IMG/VR virus record: IMGVR_UViG_3300027608_000010
DNA length: 64,000 nt
Reading direction: 5' to 3' (one strand)
DNA from: a virus
Lineage: Duplodnaviria; Caudoviricetes
How positions within the stretch are numbered: position 1 is the first letter of the stretch; each line of letters opens with the position of its first letter. Shown piece after piece: positions 48,020 to 56,740 of the stretch. The notes beneath the pieces were generated by a model that saw nothing but the letters and a program-made list of their open reading frames with translations, searched no databases and was not told where the DNA came from. The translations under genes and the position numbers were made by a program.

Positions 48020-51000
48020 ATGTCCAAAGAACAAGAATCCCTTAAAACCGAAATTTATGGCTTACTTAAGAGCCGCGGGTTAAATCCCGTAAGTAAAGAT
48101 AGCTCAGGAGATACTGTACCTATCCCCACAGAAGCAGAAGTCTTTGAATTTATGTTCAGCAAAGACGGAAAAGACTATGGTAAAGTTTGGGTAACACTTG
48201 ATGGTTTACAACAGTTAATAGTTTATTTTGGTAAAGATGTAGCTGACAGTCCAAAGAACGGATCAGAAGATAGTAATTCATGGTCACAATTACATAGAGC
48301 ATTAAGCAGATTCGCAACAGGAAGACAACTTAGTTTTGAACTGAGTGATCAATCTAATTTAGAGGCAGATATGGCAAAAAGAGAACACACAAAAAGAGAA
48401 GAACAAGTCAATGAGGGTTATTATCCAATTGGCAAAAATGCTAGTGGTAACAACAATGTTCCATCAGTTACAATGCGTATTCAACATACTCGTCCGATTG
48501 AGGAAGGTGAGCAACGTTTTCGTAACATTGCACGAATCTTTGTTGAAAATCAAGATGGTGAAAGAATTCTATTACCAACGACAAAGCCAGGACTTGCACG
48601 TACATATGTAAGACATATTGCTGAAGGTGGTAAACCAAATGATGAACGTTGGAATCACTTAGGTAGTTTGTGTGAAGAATATCAAAAGATGGCAGGATTT
48701 GTTCGTGCCACTCGCAATGGACAGTTTAATGAATCAGCACAAAGTCTAGTTAATGAAGGTATTAATCATTATCAAAAACTACGTGAGACCTTAGGTAAAT
48801 TACAAGGTAAGCGTGGATACAATGAATACTTTGAAAGCTATACACCTGCATTAATGGAAGATGAAGAACAAGTTGACTTGAGCGAAATGTTTATGAGTTC
48901 AAGTTTAGATCCTCGCATTGAAAGTGTAATGCCAATATTAAGCAAACTTAGTAAGAATATTACTGAAACTAAAAAAGATATGGCAGAGACTATTGCTTTA
49001 GAAGAATGGGCTGATAGTTTAATGGATAGAACTTCTAATACAAATGAGGCACAATCTGCTAGTGTTCGTATGCAGAAAGCATTGCAACGTGAAAAAGAAA
49101 AACGTGAATATAGTCAACAATATGCCGAGAAGAATTTCCCAATAGGTAAGAACCCAGAACCAATCAAAGAGCCAAGCAAAGAAGTTAAAGAGGGCGACCA
49201 ACGTAAGTTAGATATTGTCAAACGTATGCACGGTATTCTAAGTAAAAATAAAGAACAAGGCATGGCCGAAGGCATAAATCCAAATGAGTTGCTTGGTTCT
49301 GTCTATGATTCAAAAAATAGATATTTAGGCACTTGGAACGGACAACGTTTAGTAATTGATCCTAGTGTCTGGAAGAAATGGAAAGATGAGAATGGTCAAG
49401 ACTGGGCCAGCGGTATGGTAGGGATGGCCAAAGATAGGATAGCATCCGGTGTATGGACAGTACAGCAACCAGAAGGTGTGGCAGAAGAAAGCAAATATTC
49501 TAACTTATCTAACCGCGGAGTAAATCGTGGAATAAATCGTGCCGCTGATGATTTTAACAGAATGCTGGACCTTGACCAAGCAGAATCACCACATTATAAA
49601 ACACAACATCAACAAGATACAAAGCAAAGACTAAAAACAAAACCCATGGCAGGTCCCAAAGGTATGTTACCAGAGCAGGGTGTGGCGGAAGGCCAGTTAG
49701 ACGAGATTGGTGATACCCCAGCCGGTCAAGCAGCCTTACAAAGGTATGGAAACAAGGCTCACGATCAAGTAGCCGCACATTGGAAACAAGTTCATAATAA
49801 GAGTCATTTGCCAACAGACACAAAGATGGCAAAGCGTAATTCAGGTACTGTTGCGGCAGACAATAGAATACACGGTTTCGGTATTGCTAAAAATCAACAA
49901 GATAAAGTCACGGATCGTTTTAAATATCGTGATGCTGTTGGTACAACTCATGTATATCAAAAAAACGATCCATTAGAACAAGGTGTGGGCGAAGGTATTG
50001 TACCAAAACCCTATATGCCTCCTGGACTAGCAAGCGCCACAACCCCTCCATCAGACAATACTTCTAGAGGATGGAAAGGCCATGAGTGGGATCCAGAACA
50101 AGATAATAATGTTGAACATTTGACTTTTCAAACTAGAATGCAAACAACAGAAAAACCAGGTATGAAACCCACTACTACTTATGATACGCAAAATACTTCA
50201 AGTAAAACCGGAATTACTTCAACCCATGAGGTTGATGTAGATGAAGGTCTATCAAGACTAAGAGAACTTGCAGGCGTGCAAGGTATGGCCGAAGCCGATC
50301 GTCCTGGATTGCCACCCAAACTCAATCCTCACGGAATGTCTCAAGCCCAGATTGATGATAGAATGACATCAGTTGGTTTTATTCCAGGAACACGTGACCA
50401 TGCTACAGCGGTGCAACTGTACAGGGCTGCAAACCCGAACACCGCTAGACCAGTGTCGAAACCACTTCCCCGCAGTGATATTCAAGGTACTGATGTTGGC
50501 CCGTTACCACTATCACCTTTAGGAAGAGGTCAAGATAATCCTCATTCTCCAGTAACAAATGTAGATGTATCTGGCAATTCACAAGGTACTGATGTTGGCC
50601 CGTTACCACTATCACCTTTAGGAAGAGGTCAAGATAATCCTTATTCTCCAGTAACAAATGTAGATGTATCTGGCAATTCACAACGTCCAGTTAGAGTTGA
50701 TGTCCGTGGATATGGACCTGAGCCTGATGAATTCGGTCGCCAGCACAACGGTAGCCATGAATCTGACATTGAGATGGAAGAAGGTGTGGCGGAAGCCGAC
50801 GATTTTGGTATAGGTCCTGGGGGTCCTCGTCAACCAGCTGGGCCAATTGGTACTGGTCCAGAAAGCATCCCCAACACAGGCGCTCCAGATGTTAAAAACT
50901 ATAAAGCTCCATTGACCGACAAGTATGGTTGGACTCCCGGATCAAAGGCAGGTGGATGGGACGCTGCTGGGCAACAAAAATACATAGATCGTACTGCCCC

Positions 51001-51160
51001 GGGTGTTATCAACAACATCAAAGACAAATTGGGTTATGACATGCCCGATCCTGACCATGGCCCTAGACCAGATGAAACACAACGACTGGCTAAACTCTAT
51101 CCTAAGTCAACAAACGAAAATGCCGAACTATCTAGAATCAAAAAACTTTCTGGAATGTAA
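48020..51160 (+). CDS. 1046-aa modular protein: globular N-terminal part plus C-terminal modules delimited by (E/Q)G(V/M)AE(G/A); probable protease-processed head protein
   Basis: Six (E/Q)-G-(V/M)-(A/G)-E junctions, C-terminal 'NENAELSRIKKLSGM', late promoter, position next to the terminase. Confidence 0.65.
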   Translation: MSKEQESLKTEIYGLLKSRGLNPVSKDSSGDTVPIPTEAEVFEFMFSKDGKDYGKVWVTLDGLQQLIVYFGKDVADSPKNGSEDSNSWSQLHRALSRFATGRQLSFELSDQSNLEADMAKREHTKREEQVNEGYYPIGKNASGNNNVPSVTMRIQHTRPIEEGEQRFRNIARIFVENQDGERILLPTTKPGLARTYVRHIAEGGKPNDERWNHLGSLCEEYQKMAGFVRATRNGQFNESAQSLVNEGINHYQKLRETLGKLQGKRGYNEYFESYTPALMEDEEQVDLSEMFMSSSLDPRIESVMPILSKLSKNITETKKDMAETIALEEWADSLMDRTSNTNEAQSASVRMQKALQREKEKREYSQQYAEKNFPIGKNPEPIKEPSKEVKEGDQRKLDIVKRMHGILSKNKEQGMAEGINPNELLGSVYDSKNRYLGTWNGQRLVIDPSVWKKWKDENGQDWASGMVGMAKDRIASGVWTVQQPEGVAEESKYSNLSNRGVNRGINRAADDFNRMLDLDQAESPHYKTQHQQDTKQRLKTKPMAGPKGMLPEQGVAEGQLDEIGDTPAGQAALQRYGNKAHDQVAAHWKQVHNKSHLPTDTKMAKRNSGTVAADNRIHGFGIAKNQQDKVTDRFKYRDAVGTTHVYQKNDPLEQGVGEGIVPKPYMPPGLASATTPPSDNTSRGWKGHEWDPEQDNNVEHLTFQTRMQTTEKPGMKPTTTYDTQNTSSKTGITSTHEVDVDEGLSRLRELAGVQGMAEADRPGLPPKLNPHGMSQAQIDDRMTSVGFIPGTRDHATAVQLYRAANPNTARPVSKPLPRSDIQGTDVGPLPLSPLGRGQDNPHSPVTNVDVSGNSQGTDVGPLPLSPLGRGQDNPYSPVTNVDVSGNSQRPVRVDVRGYGPEPDEFGRQHNGSHESDIEMEEGVAEADDFGIGPGGPRQPAGPIGTGPESIPNTGAPDVKNYKAPLTDKYGWTPGSKAGGWDAAGQQKYIDRTAPGVINNIKDKLGYDMPDPDHGPRPDETQRLAKLYPKSTNENAELSRIKKLSGM
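50483..50683 (+). repeat. 99-bp in-frame tandem duplication (33 aa, 2 copies, 1 mismatch)
   Basis: QGTDVGPLPLSPLGRGQDNP(H/Y)SPVTNVDVSGNS starts at 50483 and again at 50582. Confidence 0.95.
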
Positions 51161-51170
51161 AAAGGGTAAA

Positions 51171-51197
51171 TTAAACCGCACTTTTTTGTGCGGTTTA
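51171..51197. terminator. Strong hairpin (probable terminator) after the modular gene
   Basis: TAAACCGCAC-TTTTT(T)-GTGCGGTTTA. Confidence 0.55.
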
Positions 51198-51207
51198 CCA
51201 CATCTGG

Positions 51208-51246
51208 CATAAATACTATTGACATTAGAGAAAAGTGTGCTAAACT
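51208..51246 (+). promoter_or_regulatory. Tandem late (ATAAATA) and sigma70-like promoters for gp32
   Basis: CATAAATA at 51208; TTGACA(51219)-16 nt-TAAACT(51241). Confidence 0.6.
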
Positions 51247-51325
51247 ATCTCATATGTTAGTTGTCTCATAGGGAGACAGCGAATATTAAAAACGAGACCA
51301 TCTCAATTTATAAGGAAATATTATT

Positions 51326-52336
51326 ATGGCATCATTAGCAGAAATTCGTGCTCGCATCGCGGCACAAGAAAACAAGTCAGGGAACAACGGTTCTACAAAA
51401 CAATCTGACAACTTAATCTACCCCCACTGGAATATGGACGAAGGCACTACAGCCTCTTTGCGCTTTCTTCCAGATGCAGACAGCAAAAATCCCTGGGGTT
51501 TCTGGGTAGAACGTCAAATCATCAAACTACCATTTAATGGTGTTAAAGGTGATTCAAACGTAAAACAAATTCAAGTACAAATACCTTGCGTTGAAATGTA
51601 CAACGATGGTTCTTCTTGTCCAATTTTGGCAGAAGTTCGTCCTTGGTATAAAGATGAATCACTAAAAGAATTGGCAAACAAGTACTGGAAGAAACGTAGT
51701 TATATATACCAAGGTTTTGTTCGTCAAAATCCTATCGGTGATGACACAACACCTGCGAACCCAATTCGTAAGTTTATTATCAGTTCGCAAATTTTCAGTA
51801 TTATCAAGTCATCATTGACTGATCCTGAAATGGAAGAATTGCCAACTGACTATTTGCGCGGTCTTGACTTCAACGTTAAGAAATCAAGCAAAGGTGGTTA
51901 TGCTGATTATTCTACATCAACATGGTCACGTAAAGAAAGTGCATTGACTGACCTTGAATTGGCAGCAATTGAAGCACATGGTTTGTACACATTGTCTGAC
52001 TTCTTACCTAAGAAGCCAGGTGAAGCAGAACTACGCATTATGAAAGAAATGTTTGAAGCAAGCGTAGACGGTCAACCATACGACAATGAACGTTGGGGTA
52101 ACTATTTCAGACCTTATGGTTTAGAAGCACCTGCAGGAACGACAGCGGCAGCAACAAAAGCGTCTACTGAAACTAGCGCACCCGCGACTGCACCTATAGC
52201 AGAGTCTGCACCATTTGATACTGATGAACCATCAACAGCATCAGCTCCAATCTCAGTCCCTACATCAGCTCCTAGCAGTGATAAAGCACAAGACATTCTT
52301 GCAATGATTCGTGCTAGACAAGCAAAAACTGCTTAA
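51326..52336 (+). CDS. 32: Single-stranded DNA-binding protein (T4 gp32-like)
   Basis: 'LRFLP', 'CVEMY..G..CP', 'KYWKKRSY', 'KSSKGGYADYSTS', low-complexity C-terminal tail. Confidence 0.88.
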   Translation: MASLAEIRARIAAQENKSGNNGSTKQSDNLIYPHWNMDEGTTASLRFLPDADSKNPWGFWVERQIIKLPFNGVKGDSNVKQIQVQIPCVEMYNDGSSCPILAEVRPWYKDESLKELANKYWKKRSYIYQGFVRQNPIGDDTTPANPIRKFIISSQIFSIIKSSLTDPEMEELPTDYLRGLDFNVKKSSKGGYADYSTSTWSRKESALTDLELAAIEAHGLYTLSDFLPKKPGEAELRIMKEMFEASVDGQPYDNERWGNYFRPYGLEAPAGTTAAATKASTETSAPATAPIAESAPFDTDEPSTASAPISVPTSAPSSDKAQDILAMIRARQAKTA

Positions 52337-52343
52337 TTAAAAC

Positions 52344-52362
52344 GGGGACTTCGGTCCCCTAT
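52344..52362 (+). terminator. Hairpin terminator-like element
   Basis: GGGGAC-TTCG-GTCCCC followed by TATT. Confidence 0.6.
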
Positions 52363-52377
52363 TAAATAGGAGAATAT

Positions 52378-52608
52378 ATGACATTACCAGACGAAAGATA
52401 CCGGGCCCTAAAGCAAGGTAAAAAACTATTAGAGGAATTATGTGATCCTGGTAAAACACCAAGGGTACCCAGCATAGTTCGTGACAAAGCAAGAGCGGCA
52501 CTAAGACATTACCCACACGATTATGAAATCGATTCTATGGCAGAAAAATGTCCCGACCTGCTTGATAAACAATCATTTACAATGTATACTAACGGTGTAC
52601 ACAGATAA
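52378..52608 (+). CDS. Hypothetical protein
   Basis: 76 aa, AGGAGA RBS. Confidence 0.65.
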   Translation: MTLPDERYRALKQGKKLLEELCDPGKTPRVPSIVRDKARAALRHYPHDYEIDSMAEKCPDLLDKQSFTMYTNGVHR

Positions 52609-52623
52609 TATTAGGAGAACGAT

Positions 52624-53688
52624 TTGGGTAAGCCATTTGATGTAAGTAAATTTAGAAAAGAAATCACTAAGTCCATTGAAGGCCTTAGTATAGGGTTTAA
52701 CGATCCGACTGACTGGATCAATACAGGAAATTATGCACTTAACTATCTTATTAGTGGTGACTTTAACAAAGGGGTTCCTCTTGGCAAAGTCACTGTATTT
52801 GCTGGCGAGTCTGGTTCCGGAAAAAGTTTTATTTGTTCCGGTAACTTGGTACGTCATGCTCAACAACAAGGTATCTTTGTGGTACTCATCGATTCGGAAA
52901 ATGCTTTAGATGAGAAGTGGTTACACGCATTAGGTGTGCAAACTACAGAAGATAAATTGTTAAAATTAAATATGGCTATGATTGATGATGTAGCCAAGAC
53001 AATCAGTAAATTTGTTATTGATTATAAAACACTTCCAGCAGATGACAGACCTAAGGTATTGTTTGTCATTGATAGTTTGGGAATGTTACTAACACCCACT
53101 GACGTAAATCAGTTTGAAGCAGGTGATATGAAGGGTGACATGGGTCGTAAGCCTAAAGCATTGGCTGCACTTGTTCGTAACTCTGTTAACATGTTCGGTA
53201 GTTTAAATATTGGTATGGTTGCAACTAATCATACATACGCAAGTCAGGATATGTTTGATCCAGATGACAAAGTATCAGGTGGTCAAGGCTTTGTGTATGC
53301 TAGTAGTATTCTTGTTGCTATGAAGAAACTCAAACTCAAAGAGGATGAGGATGGTAACAAAGTTTCAGAAGTAAATGGTATTCGTGCCGCATGTAAGATT
53401 ATGAAAACACGTTACGCTAAACCTTTTGAAACACTACAGATTAAGATTCCATACGAAACAGGTATGAACCCATATAGTGGTCTACTTGATTTGTTTGAGA
53501 AGAATGACTTGTTGACTAAAGAAGGTAATCGTTTGAGTTATACAACCGATGACGGAGAAATCTTAAAGATGTTCCGTAAAGGTTGGGAATCAAATGAAGG
53601 TGGTTGCTTAGATAAAGTCATGGATGAATTTAGTAAAAATCACGGAAAAAAGCTAAGTACTGAATCAGTGGAGGAGGCAGTACAATGA
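52624..53688 (+). CDS. uvsX: RecA-like recombinase UvsX
   Basis: Walker A 'AGESGSGKS', 'IDSENAL', 'VIDSLG', 'TNH', 'SGG'. TTG start with AGGAGA RBS. Confidence 0.93.
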   Translation: MGKPFDVSKFRKEITKSIEGLSIGFNDPTDWINTGNYALNYLISGDFNKGVPLGKVTVFAGESGSGKSFICSGNLVRHAQQQGIFVVLIDSENALDEKWLHALGVQTTEDKLLKLNMAMIDDVAKTISKFVIDYKTLPADDRPKVLFVIDSLGMLLTPTDVNQFEAGDMKGDMGRKPKALAALVRNSVNMFGSLNIGMVATNHTYASQDMFDPDDKVSGGQGFVYASSILVAMKKLKLKEDEDGNKVSEVNGIRAACKIMKTRYAKPFETLQIKIPYETGMNPYSGLLDLFEKNDLLTKEGNRLSYTTDDGEILKMFRKGWESNEGGCLDKVMDEFSKNHGKKLSTESVEEAVQ

Positions 53689-53936
53689 GTTTAGATAGTA
53701 TCGTAGAGGTTTGGGAAATCTTGCGTGACCATGTTGATTTGAATGATCGAGGTGATGCGGCAGATTCTTTGGTCAATTATTTGATGGACAACAATTTTGA
53801 AGTTGAAGATATCAAAGATGCATTCAAAGATAAAGATATCACTAAGGCATTAAAAGGTTATGCCGAACAGCATTTCCAAGAAGAAGAATACGAAGAAAAT
53901 GATGACGAGGATCACAATCCAGAAGATTGGAATTAA
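53685..53936 (+). CDS. Small acidic hypothetical protein
   Basis: 83 aa, ATGA coupling. Confidence 0.6.
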   Translation: MSLDSIVEVWEILRDHVDLNDRGDAADSLVNYLMDNNFEVEDIKDAFKDKDITKALKGYAEQHFQEEEYEENDDEDHNPEDWN

Positions 53937-54398
53937 ATGTCACACAATTGGTATACACGAATCGTTTATGATTTGTCAGTAATACCGGATTTTATATCGT
54001 ATTATCTAGTTGAGTTAGACTCAGCAAAAAAAGATGTAAAGATATACGGCAAAGTTGAAAAGAACCTTGCTGATCTTCCCGGTACCACTGAACAGAGGTT
54101 CAATCAGTTACAAGAGATTGAGGCTGTGTTGAACTACCTAAACATTCAACTTCGGAAAATTCGCCGAAAACATTTTCAAAAGTATTTAGAAGCGTATAAT
54201 AGAGCATTGACCAGTCGTGATGCTGAGAAGTATGTAGACGGTGAAGATGAAGTGATTGATTATGAAACATTAATCAATGAAGTGGCCCTACTACGCAATA
54301 GGTGGTTAGGAATTATGAAGGGTCTTGAAGCCAAGCAATGGCAGATGGGACATATCGTGCGATTACGCACAGCAGGAATGGAAGACATATCATTATGA
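53937..54398 (+). CDS. uvsY: Recombination mediator UvsY-like protein
   Basis: Helical 153 aa, 'RDAEKYVDGED', 'KQWQ...IVRLRTAG'; downstream of uvsX. Confidence 0.75.
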   Translation: MSHNWYTRIVYDLSVIPDFISYYLVELDSAKKDVKIYGKVEKNLADLPGTTEQRFNQLQEIEAVLNYLNIQLRKIRRKHFQKYLEAYNRALTSRDAEKYVDGEDEVIDYETLINEVALLRNRWLGIMKGLEAKQWQMGHIVRLRTAGMEDISL

Positions 54399-55264
54399 CA
54401 CATTACAGAGGTAAAGGATTTTTGCAAATACTCGGTGGCGGAGCAGGTGGACCATCAAAATATAAGGGGACTTCAGCGTTATCATCAGCACAAATATCAC
54501 CTATCACTATTTCAGCTTTACAAGGTTATGTCCCAACCACATCATTAATTAGTGGATCACAATGGGACGAAGTTCATGTTCAATCTCAGTACCATGAGGC
54601 TGTTAAAAAATATGAAGTACTAGAAAGTCCAGAAGATGTGCTTGCACTAAGTGTGACTTGGAAACGATTGAATAAAAATAATCCATCAGCAGTAGCCAGT
54701 ATTTCTAATTTGTTGAGTAAAGAATTATTCACACATATCACTGATGAAGACCGAGAACTTGGTCAAGAAATTCGTGACTACTACAGTAAGAAGATTATGA
54801 TATGGAAACTCAAAAATGCTAAATTTTCAAAATTTAGAGATGAGTTAAATTCTTACATACACAGTCCAACTCCCTTGTTAGTTAAAAATGATTTCATGGG
54901 TATGATTTATTATCTTCCATATTTCTATGAATACGATACTGGTGTTGATGAGGTTCGTGTTCAAGTGAATCCAAAAATCAATGTGTCATTTCAAATGGTA
55001 AGAGATACACCTAGAGAATTAGAACCATTACAAAAGATTGTCTCTAAACGAAAATCCGCCGTGACTAATCACTATTGGTTAAAAGATATAGAGACCAATA
55101 GTGCAGTTCAATTTGTGTTTGATGTATCAAATCCACTAGAACATATTTGGTCTATACTGTTTGCTAAGAATGAAATCATGGAAGTAACAGGTTCGTACTA
55201 CACAAAGTCACGTGACGAATTTGAATACTTAAGTGTTAAAAATTGGAAGCTAGAAAACATTTGA
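54395..55264 (+). CDS. Hypothetical protein
   Basis: ATG 54395 overlaps the uvsY stop (ATGA) and is in frame with the ORF-track ORF. Confidence 0.6.
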   Translation: MTHYRGKGFLQILGGGAGGPSKYKGTSALSSAQISPITISALQGYVPTTSLISGSQWDEVHVQSQYHEAVKKYEVLESPEDVLALSVTWKRLNKNNPSAVASISNLLSKELFTHITDEDRELGQEIRDYYSKKIMIWKLKNAKFSKFRDELNSYIHSPTPLLVKNDFMGMIYYLPYFYEYDTGVDEVRVQVNPKINVSFQMVRDTPRELEPLQKIVSKRKSAVTNHYWLKDIETNSAVQFVFDVSNPLEHIWSILFAKNEIMEVTGSYYTKSRDEFEYLSVKNWKLENI

Positions 55265-55289
55265 CAATAAAGCCATTCGGCTGTACAAT
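55261..55289 (+). promoter_or_regulatory. Sigma70-type early promoter
   Basis: TTGACA-17 nt-TACAAT. Confidence 0.7.
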
Positions 55290-55295
55290 AAGCAC

Positions 55296-55547
55296 ATGAA
55301 CTTAACTAAAGGAACAAAAATGACTCTTAAACAAAAAGCAATGATACAAACTCTTGCAATTTTCATTGGTATGATTTTAATCTCAGTACTACTAAATGTA
55401 ATACTTGTGTATGCATCTATTCAAGCTATTCAGTATACGTGCGGTGCTATCCTAATCGGATTCTTGGTATACGTTGTATATGGTGTTGTTTTATCACGAC
55501 TTGAGTATGATGCAAAATTAAAGGAACTAATTAGTTCCAAAACTTGA
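55296..55547 (+). CDS. Two-TM membrane protein
   Basis: Two hydrophobic helices. Confidence 0.6.
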   Translation: MNLTKGTKMTLKQKAMIQTLAIFIGMILISVLLNVILVYASIQAIQYTCGAILIGFLVYVVYGVVLSRLEYDAKLKELISSKT

Positions 55548-55572
55548 CAGTAATTGGATTCTCATATATAAT
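55544..55572 (+). promoter_or_regulatory. Consensus sigma70 promoter
   Basis: TTGACA-17 nt-TATAAT. Confidence 0.85.
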
Positions 55573-55603
55573 ACTTGTATTGATTGATTGAAAAGGGGTT
55601 TTT

Positions 55604-56653
55604 ATGTCATCAACGATTTGTGTTAAGTATGGTGAGTATCGCAACATGCCTGTTGTGAACAAAACTTTTAAACTTGTCAAAGGTTATCAGACAGGTTCTA
55701 AAGGTGGTTTTGTGACAGTTAAGAACGAGGGTCATTTCCCTAGCGTTAATATCGAAAATATTAAAGTTAAGGTTAATGGTATTGAAAATATTGAATTTGT
55801 TAATGGAGAAGTAGAAGTGTCAGATGCTATTCAGTTTACGATTAAACAGCCTAAGGCGCCTGTAGTCAAAGAAACTGACGAGGAAGCAATGAATCGCATT
55901 GCAACCCGTTTTGCAGTACTTGATGAAATGTCGCAAGCGGCTATCAACGGTGATATACGTGCTATGATAGTATCAGGTCCCCCGGGAGTTGGTAAGTCAT
56001 ACGGTGTTGAAACACAACTTGAAAAATCAAGTCTTTTTGATAAGATTGCAGGTAAGAAATTACGTTATGAAGTTATCAAAGGTGCTATGACCGCTCTTGG
56101 TTTGTATGCACAATTGTACAAACTTTCGGATCGTAAAAACGTATTAGTGTTTGATGATTGTGATAGCGTGTTTGCTGATGACTTGTCATTGAACATTTTG
56201 AAGGCTGCACTTGATTCAGGTAAGCGTAGACGTATTTGCTGGAATAGTGATTCTAGTCTGTTACGCCGTGAAGGTATCCCTGACAGTTTTGACTTTAACG
56301 GTACTGCTATTTTCATTACAAACTTAAAGTTTGAAAATGTGAAAAGCAAAAAATTGCAGGATCACTTAGAGGCATTGCAAAGTCGCTGTCACTTTCTTGA
56401 CCTGACTATTGATAGTGAACGTGACAAAATGTTGCGTATCAAGCAGGTGCATCGTGATGCTGACGGTGGTTTGTTCAAAGACTATGATTTTGAAAACGGT
56501 GAAGGTGAGATGATTATTGAATTCATGTTTGAAAATCAATCTCGCTTGCGTGAGTTGAGTATGCGTATGTGTCTGAAAATTGCAGACCTAGTAAAGATCA
56601 GTCCTAGCAATTGGAGAGCATTGACTGCTAGTACTTGTATGAAATCTGCTTAA
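55604..56653 (+). CDS. AAA+ P-loop ATPase with N-terminal extension
   Basis: 'SGPPGVGKS', 'LVFDDCD', 'FITN', 'SRC'. Confidence 0.85.
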   Translation: MSSTICVKYGEYRNMPVVNKTFKLVKGYQTGSKGGFVTVKNEGHFPSVNIENIKVKVNGIENIEFVNGEVEVSDAIQFTIKQPKAPVVKETDEEAMNRIATRFAVLDEMSQAAINGDIRAMIVSGPPGVGKSYGVETQLEKSSLFDKIAGKKLRYEVIKGAMTALGLYAQLYKLSDRKNVLVFDDCDSVFADDLSLNILKAALDSGKRRRICWNSDSSLLRREGIPDSFDFNGTAIFITNLKFENVKSKKLQDHLEALQSRCHFLDLTIDSERDKMLRIKQVHRDADGGLFKDYDFENGEGEMIIEFMFENQSRLRELSMRMCLKIADLVKISPSNWRALTASTCMKSA

Positions 56654-56675
56654 TTTACCCTTTCGTTAAGCAGTA

Positions 56676-56703
56676 AAGAGGGACTTACATGTCCCTCTTT
56701 TTC
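56676..56703 (+). terminator. Rho-independent terminator
   Basis: AAAGAGGGAC-TTACAT-GTCCCTCTTTTT. Confidence 0.85.
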
Positions 56704-56711
56704 CACTATGT

Positions 56712-56740
56712 TTGCTTTGCAATACACTAAGTAGTATAAT
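56712..56740 (+). promoter_or_regulatory. Sigma70-type promoter
   Basis: TTGCTT-17 nt-TATAAT. Confidence 0.6.

Noticed and set aside
49253-50797. CRISPR-like repeat-spacer array
   Set aside because: Repeats are short and degenerate, spacers are 200-500 bp and coding, and no cas genes are present.
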